Source: Utricularia gibba
Lineage: Eukaryota; Plantae; Magnoliophyta
Assembly: GCA_002189035.1 (NCBI GenBank)
Contig: NEEC01000027.1
Coordinates: 310,001 to 374,000 of the forward strand
Reading direction: 5' to 3'
DNA: 64,000 bases
Below, piece after piece: positions 56,754 to 64,000 of the stretch. Position 1 is the first letter of the stretch. Every line of letters starts with the position of its first letter. Below the pieces are notes generated by a model that did no database searches, was not told the DNA's origin, and saw only the letters and a list, made by a program, of their open reading frames with translations. Both the position numbers and the translations under genes were made by a program.

Positions 56754-59044
56754 ATGTCATCACCTTATGCAGTACTTCGTGACCGGCCTCTTGATCAGTG
56801 GAAGGTGACTGAGTTGAAGGAGGAACTCAAGAGACGTAAGTTAACTACAAGAGGTTTAAAAGAAGATCTTGTAAAGCGGCTGGATGAGGCTGTGAGAATA
56901 GAGAGGCAAAGCACTAAAAAAGTTTCTGAGGATGGTGATATTTCTGGTGTACCATCTGAGGAAGCTAAAGAAGAAGCAATGGTTTCTCAGAGAGCTCATG
57001 ATCCTGCTGATACTGCAATGGGTGAAAAAGACGTTAATGATGGCAGGGACTCGTTTGTTGCGACCAAGGTTGTGGAAGCTGACTCGATTCAAGAAGCTGA
57101 TGGGATGCAGACGGAGATAGTTGCTCAGGTTGCTGCTGTGGAAGAGACAGTCATGACAAATGATGCTGTTGAGCCTGGGAAACCTTTGAGTGTTACGCAT
57201 GCAGATGAAAGTCTGCCAGCGTCAGACCAGGTAGCCACCGAAATTCAGCATGAAGAAGTGATATGGCCAAAATCTCAGATGGACAATGATGATATCAAAT
57301 CTACTCAATTAGATTCCACACTGCTGCCAATGACGTATCAGGTATCTGAGGTTGACTCTGATTCAGGGTTTGAAGTAACATCTAATTCTGTTGCTACTGA
57401 ACCTATCTGTGTTATTGAGAAAAATGAACTTAACGTAGATGTAATAACTGATAATAACCAATTAGAATTAGATGTTAAGGCTGAGATAGTACAATCCTCA
57501 CCCAGCAGTGTTGTCCCCGATTCATCAGTGGATGTACCTGGCAATATGAATGATGCCGAAATTGGTAAGAGAATTGATACTGGGGATTTGGGTTCTGAAA
57601 AACTAAATCTGGACCGGAGCTCTGGAGATGATTCTATGGAGGAAGATGTATTGGGCCTAAAACAAGTGGGTGCTGAACCCGAATTTACTAAGGGAATTGA
57701 TGATCACTTTCATAATCACCTGGAGGATGATCATGTTGATGTGGTTGGTCATTATAATGCAATTAAATCAGAAACTGAGAATGTGGATAAAAGGACTGAA
57801 TCTGAGCCAACTTCTGTGAAGAGGAAGCTTCCTGGTAAGAATTTACGTTATTGATCAATATGCAGTGCTCTTTTCTTTTCCTATAATGGTATGCTCTTTG
57901 GATAATCCATACTGAAAGCGCACTAATTTCCAATGTTTTTTGCAATCTGATGAATTTCACCATCTTGAATGTGATTGCGTTTGATTTTTATTTGGACAAA
58001 ATTTTAATGTTAATCCATGCAACTTTTGTTTGGGGAAAGAACCTGCTTTGGTTGATGAGCCGGTAAAGAAGGGAAGAAGGTGGAACACCGGAAATTTGCA
58101 GAGTTCTGAGTCACAAACTGACAGGAACTCGCCAATCACTACACCCAAGGGCCCGACTGGATTTTCTGTCAAGCGTTTTTCTGGAAATGATTCTTCAGTT
58201 GACACAGAACAGCCCAAAGAGCGGATTGGTAAAATCCGTATTGCGTTAACATAATTGCTTGCTTTTTATCTGGTCTTTCTCATCTCTGATGGGGTGCTAC
58301 ATTTTTCTTGTGCAGTTCCACCATCGGCTAAACCTCCCACAAATTCTCTTAAGATTGATCGGTTTTTGCGCCCCTTCACAAATAAGGCAGTGCAGGAACT
58401 TTTGGGCAGAACTGGGAAGGTTACCAGCTTTTGGATGGACCAAATCAAGACACATTGCTATGTTTCAGTAAGTGCTGCCCTTAAACTGCGTTGAAGCCTT
58501 TTTTTTTTTTTTTTTTTTTTTGCAACTTCTGTGAACCCGTTCTCACGTAATATGAATAAAAAAAATGCAGTATTCCTCTGTTGAGGAGGCCGAGAAAACC
58601 CGTGATGCTGTCTACAATCTACAGTGGCCCCCAAATGGGGGTCGCTTATTGGTTGCTGATTTTGTTGATCCTCAAGAAGTTAAAGCTCGTGTAGAGGGAC
58701 TTCCTCCACCGACAGCAACGAGCATTCCTCCTACTTACCATTCTCATCCCAAACCTACTCCACACCCGCTGGTACCGAGACATCAGCCTTCTTTGTCTGC
58801 AGTTCCAGCACCACTGCCATTTACCAGCAGAGAACGCCCTCATCCATCTACAGAGCAGCCTCTGCCCGGTAGTGACCTTCCAGCAGCACCACCACTTCCT
58901 GAGAAGGTCGACCCTCCAATCCTCACTTTGGATGATTTCTTCCGGAAAACAAAATCAAGCCCCCGCATCTATTACCTGCCACTGTCCGATGAACAAGTTG
59001 CAGCCAAAATCCGGGCATCAGGGAAGAACACGCCCCATCAGTAG
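56754..59044 (+). CDS. ACINUS-like SAP + RRM + RSB-motif protein
   Basis: SAP: QWKVTELKEELKRRKLTTRGLKEDLVKRL. RRM: TNSLKIDRFLRPFT...FWMDQIKTHCYVS/YSSVEEA...YNLQWPPNGGRLL. RSB: LDDFFRKTKSSPRIYYLPL. Confidence 0.92.
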
Positions 59045-59504
59045 GCTTTAGCATGGGTACTCGTGGCAGAGCGCTGCACCCAATTCTGATGGCTTGGTTG
59101 GTCCGGGGCTTCATGGTAAGTAGTACGCCTTAATCGCATCTTTGCAGGTGTCTCATGCAGATCATGTAGGATTTTCCCTTCCCTTTTGCACAATGGATGG
59201 CATTGTGTGATCAGGCTGAGAGTCGCAGTTTCCTATTTGGATATCCATTTCTAGTTGGTGTCGTAAAACTGTATTTCATCTGAATGACATAATGTCGTCT
59301 TTGTTTTTTAGAAGGGAGACATATTTTCTCTTTCTGGATGCTCAAGAACTTGATTACAGAAGATCAGTTATTAGCCATTTAGCCTTGTTGCTTTGTTCCT
59401 GCTTCACCCAAAGGTATCCAGTAAGAAAAGGAACGAGGCTCCAACTAACCACTAAACAAAATGAGATGAACTTACACAGTCTCGGCACAACAAACTACAG
59501 ATGA

Positions 59505-61358
59505 TCACAATCTAGTCAAGAAAAAAGCAGCTAGACCAACTAGCAGAGCGACATTCGTCTGCCTAAAATCCGAAACGTCGCCTGCTCCGCCGTAGTATGG
59601 CGTGATCATGACATTGAACCTGCAGTTTCCGATGGTGGGATCGGCCCTGGTGACCGTTCCCAGGCCTTCGAACCTGCAAGCTTCATCAAGCTGATTGTTC
59701 CGTTGATAATAGCTGTTGAATGCGTAAGAGATATTCCCCCTTGCATCCAGACCGCTGCAGGATGTAAGAAACCCAAGGCTGGTGCAGTCAGCAAGGCCAC
59801 AAGCGTAGCTCACGCTCGCTGCAACTTGAGCATCTTCCAGCCGCGTATTCGGCTTCATGATGCACCATTTTCTTTCCAGGTAGCTCACATTCCTAGCAGG
59901 GATCAGCGAACCTGAACTTGAAGTCCCCAGGTTGAGAGGGTACTTGGGTTGGCCGTCGTAGGTGAATATACCCCAGTGGCGCTCGAAGTTCCCCGGCTGA
60001 ATGCTCTTGTCATCCTCGTCTATCAAGCTGAAAAGATAAGCATCTATTGGTCCAGGCCTCATGGGAGTTCCCCGGCCACCGGAGATATGAGTCATGAAAC
60101 CTTGGTTGAACCTCTGAGCATACTGCGTGTTGGCGTTTCTGTCGCCATCTGTAGGCCACCCGATTTCACCAATTATAATGGGCAGATTTCCAAAGCCATT
60201 CTTCTGTAGTGTCCAGACAAGAGTATCATAATTGGCGTCGAACATGTTCTGGTAGCTTGTGCCGCCATCGTTGACAGGAGAAGCATTTCCATCAAAGAAG
60301 GCATACTCTACAGGGAAGTTGGGGTCTGTGTAGAGGCTTATAAAAGGATATATGTTGACAGTAAATGGAGACTGATTCTCGCTGAGAAACTGGACGATTT
60401 GGATCATATAATCACGAATATCGCTTCGGAAATCGCCTCCAGAAGGCAGCCCGTTTGTGGATGCGTAAACGTCAGCATTCAGGGGCACAGTGACCCGCAC
60501 CTGGTTCTGCAGCCCAGCTCTTGCTAACGCCTGTTGAACATTTCTCAGAGCCGGGAAAGTTGTTCGGAGAAAGCTTCCATTGTATGTTGTCAGAAAGGGC
60601 TCATTTCCAACAGCCACATACCTTCACAAGAATGAGTGTAAGAATGAGTGTAAGCAACGAGAGCAAGAATGAGTCACACTACACAGTGCAGATTCCCAAG
60701 CAGAAGACATGAATGAACTTGATGATGAACTCACCTGATGCTGGCATTGCCGTGTGTTAGATGATGTGTGACGTTCTCTGACACCCATCTATCGGCAGCC
60801 CTGCTACTGCTTGCTAGAGAAGACAACATGTCATTCGGAATGCCCACTATAACTTCGATCCCTGAACGGCCCAAGGCTGTTAATGTATCATAATCAGCAT
60901 CAAAAAGCTTGACTTTCTGAATCCCATTTTCCCTTAGCATCCTCACAACTACATCTGGAGGCAACCGGTGAGATGCCTGAGATCCCCAGTTGGCACCTAT
61001 CCCATTCACTGAATGTAACTTTACAAAAAGTTCCAACCACTGAAATGAAAAAAAAAATGCCAATTAAAGAATAGGGCTCTATTTTGAAGCTTCAAACCAA
61101 GGGTGTCATGCCTCAGGTTTAAAATTTAGATTCCTTCAAATAGGTTAAAGGGGAAAACAAAAGGGGCTGTTTCCCTTAAAGGAAGATAGCAGGTTTAGAG
61201 TACCCATTCCTTCTAATAAATGCAAGCACCCTAAAGTAAGATTCATAAATTCAAAAGCAACAGATGTTCTTCAAGCACCCGGGCTTCATAAATTCAAAAC
61301 CAACAGAAGAAGATGAGTTGCTTACCAGAAGAATCGGGAAAAGCAGACGGGAAAGCAT
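59505..61358 (-). CDS. Glucan endo-1,3-beta-glucosidase (GH17) with X8 domain and probable GPI-anchor signal
   Basis: Exons 61358-61326, about 61043-60735 and 60621-59505. IGANWG; VAVGNEPF (acid/base Glu); [11 protein letters not shown] (nucleophile Glu); ERHWGIF; X8 domain WCIMKPN...YACGLADCT; hydrophobic C-terminus. Confidence 0.95.
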
Positions 61359-62313
61359 TTTGAAGGAACCCCTGTTCAGAAACTCAATTTTCCGCGGAGA
61401 GGGCAACCAAATGGAAGGGTAGTTCTTCAGAAATTTCGGCACAAAAGTGAAAATGCTAGGTGAAGAAGAAGAAGAGGAAGAAAAACTGAACTGAAAAAAC
61501 TCAGGACGACTCAGCAGTACAGAAGCTGTAAAGCGTGCATCTTTTGAACATGCATCTGTTTTCCTTAAGATTCGCTTTAGGCAGCAGAGAGAACTGGGAG
61601 AGAGAATAGGGAGGGGGACCCGAGTGACCTCTCAGCGTGAAGCTGTTGCTGTTTTCAAATGCCACAAATTCTTTGCAAGATTTCTTTCACTTATGCTAGT
61701 GAAAATCCAGGAGCTTCTCCTCTCTCTTCCCCTTTCCGAGATTGCTTTTCGTGAGTGATGCAGTGCGGGAGGAGAGTAAAGGAACTTTTCATTTATAGGG
61801 CTTATCTCAGTGACTCAGGATGCCCCTTCCCCAAATGTCTGTTTTCAATATATTTTTGTTTTTAAAAAACAGTACTTGAATTTCGGAATTCGTATTTCAA
61901 AAATAAAAATAAATAAATTCATCCTTTTTTGAAATTTCAAATTACCATGTACAATAATACTTCACCAGAATTTGAAATAACACGAGGAATACGTGAGAAG
62001 TAATAAAGGGCCGCTGGCTCCGAGGCCGGCCCACAAACTGCAGTAAGCCTAAATGGGGTGAGCGCGAACCCGACCCAACAAAACCGAAGCCCAAAAACTG
62101 CAGTAGCCGATAACGCGAATTAGATGAGCAGCAAGGGCCCAAACCGACAAAGAAAATAAAATAAGGTCAAGAAACCTAGCCCGTTGCCAGGTCCATTGAA
62201 TCTTTTTCGATTGCAAATCGCTTGTAAAACACATGATTTAAGTCTTGATGCATCGGATTTCATAAACCCTAGAGATTTCTAGAGGAGACGTACAACAAGC
62301 TGCAGATGTTACA

Positions 62314-64000
62314 TTAGATCTGTGTTTGCGCGACGGATCTCGGAACTTTCATACCGAATCCGTGTTTGACTCTCTCCACCCTGTTGATGGATATCAAAGA
62401 TCTGTTACGATGCAGGATGGGATGATGAAATGAAGGGGAGGAATGAGTGAAGACTACTCACGTTGGTGCCAGTTTCCCAAGGCCATCCAGTGCTTCGCCA
62501 GTTTGCTCATCAACAACCTCGCCATTGATCTCGATGAGATAGGACCTGTTTCTGGTGATTGGAAGCCCTCTGGTGGCAAGCAAGTCCAAGTCCTTTTGGT
62601 GGAGTTCACGTCCATTCACATAAACTGCGGTATTTCCAGCAGCACAATCTTCTGGCATGGGGTGACTAAACTCTTCTATGTTTGGCTGCACAATGCGTAG
62701 CTTGTTATAAAGATGAGTTGCAAAGACGGGAGTTGGTGAAGACGATGAACTAACCATGATGATGCCTAGACAGGGATGACCCATCACACCCCAGAACCCA
62801 GCTTTAATGTCATACCTGGATAACAAGGAAGAAGAGCATGCTGAATGCATTCAGAGGATCATGTTTCTGCAGAGGTATGCGATGTTATTACCAGTATTCT
62901 CCAGGTTGGATTGGCCCAGCAAGCTTTTCAGCTTTCTTAACGGCACGCTCAGGTACAGGATGCCCGTTTACAAAAACCTGCGCTTCACGAACCTCCCCGC
63001 TGTGATTCGACTTGTCTTTTTTGAAGCTCTTCTTCATGAGATTGGAGAGGAAAGAATCAACGCCTTTGCTAGATTTTGGTGGATGCTCCTTGTTTGTTTC
63101 CATGGAATCCTGAGACGCATAGCCATTTGAGAGCTCGTTGGATGGAACGTCAATCTCGGATGCCACTGCGTGATCTTCAGTGGACTTCCTTAGAGAAGTA
63201 CTCCTCTCAAGAGAAGAAACATCCTCCCTTCCTCTGCTTCTTGTCTCCTTGTCAAGACTGTTTTCGACAATGTTGCCGTGTCCATGATCGGATAACTCCC
63301 TGGGAGACAGATGGGTAACACGTAGCGAGGATAAACCATTGTCTGGGCTTGCCCCATCCTGAGATAAGCTTGAAGACGAAGAAAGATGATTCAAAGGCCC
63401 CCTCTCAAAGTCGCTAGAGTTTTCCTTCTTATATGCTTCTGCAAACTTGTGCTGAGAGTCATCACTGCACGTGTTTCTGTTTCCACAATAAAAGTCGTCA
63501 TTCCAGTAGCCACCATTTTCGTCCCCTGTCTCGATGGAAGCATCATCAATCTCGGTTGGTATTTGGCCACCATGAGCAAGTACCGGTGCAACAGAATCCT
63601 TGCTCCCAAACTCAAAAAAGATGATTGAAGAACAAGCCCCACATTTCACTTTCTGTGGCGTCTTCACTGTTGAAATGTGCTTCCTGGGAAGCTTCACCAA
63701 TTCAAAGCAATTATAACATGTTATAAACGGAGCGCCACCTGCAACTGGAAGGCTCACTTGCTTGTTTCCATGAGCAACAGCCATCTTTCTTGGATAATCA
63801 CTGGAATCCAGTTCATTAGAATTCCAGTGATGCGGTGGGCGTAATCTCGAATCCCCAGTATCAGAAGGCTGAGGACCACGAGTGGTGGGAAATGAACTGT
63901 GCTGGTTTCTTGCACTACAAAACTGTTGGTCAATCGAAGTTCTCTGTTGACTCTTACCACAGCAGCTCCAGCAGTGACATGTTTCCTGTCGAAACAAGCT
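62314..64000 (-). CDS. EDR4-like zinc-ribbon protein, 3' part (5' end beyond the window)
   Basis: Zinc ribbon AGGAPFITCYNCFELVKLP...KCGACS; VFVNGHPVP...AGPIQPGEYW/YDIKAGFWGVMG.../PNIEEF...VNGRELHQKDL...GKLAPT. A final exon at 62380-62314 reads VERVKHGFGMKVPR...*. Confidence 0.9.

Noticed and set aside
60626-60675. AAGAATGAGTGT repeated 2-3 times in the glucanase intron
   Set aside because: A simple short tandem duplication with no spacer structure; not CRISPR-like and no evident function.

Overview
Eukaryotic (flowering plant, eudicot-like) nuclear DNA, very gene-dense. I can support about 24 protein-coding genes in 64 kb (about one per 2.7 kb), most with short GT-AG introns. I found no recognisable transposon, tRNA, rRNA or CRISPR array. 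Genes in order: B-GATA (3' part), small orphan-family protein, epoxide hydrolase, FLZ, dynein light chain LC8, kinesin-13A, NIP7, ELM2/SANT-like protein, 5xCCCH zinc finger, kinesin-8B, SPT2, small 'YDxxSYxxNFDDG' protein, At4g22758-like protein, tail-anchored membrane protein, RABH1/Rab6, multi-pass membrane protein, VQ protein, TTL-type TPR protein, PLAT-domain gene, NEN4-like exonuclease, MIKC*-type MADS, ACINUS-like SAP/RRM protein, GH17+X8 glucanase and EDR4-like (3' part). Exon boundaries were worked out by hand from splice signals and reading frame; family assignments come from remembered motifs, not database searches. I do not see a clearly new multi-gene system. The most notable observations are: a microhomology-flanked frameshifting deletion in the PLAT gene; a 1-nt frameshift in a G-run of kinesin-13A; an identical 13-mer exactly 327 nt upstream of two adjacent genes; a probable 7-nt microexon in the MADS gene; a GC-AG intron; and an unassigned, apparently spliced unit at about 41.5-43 kb with no long ORF.
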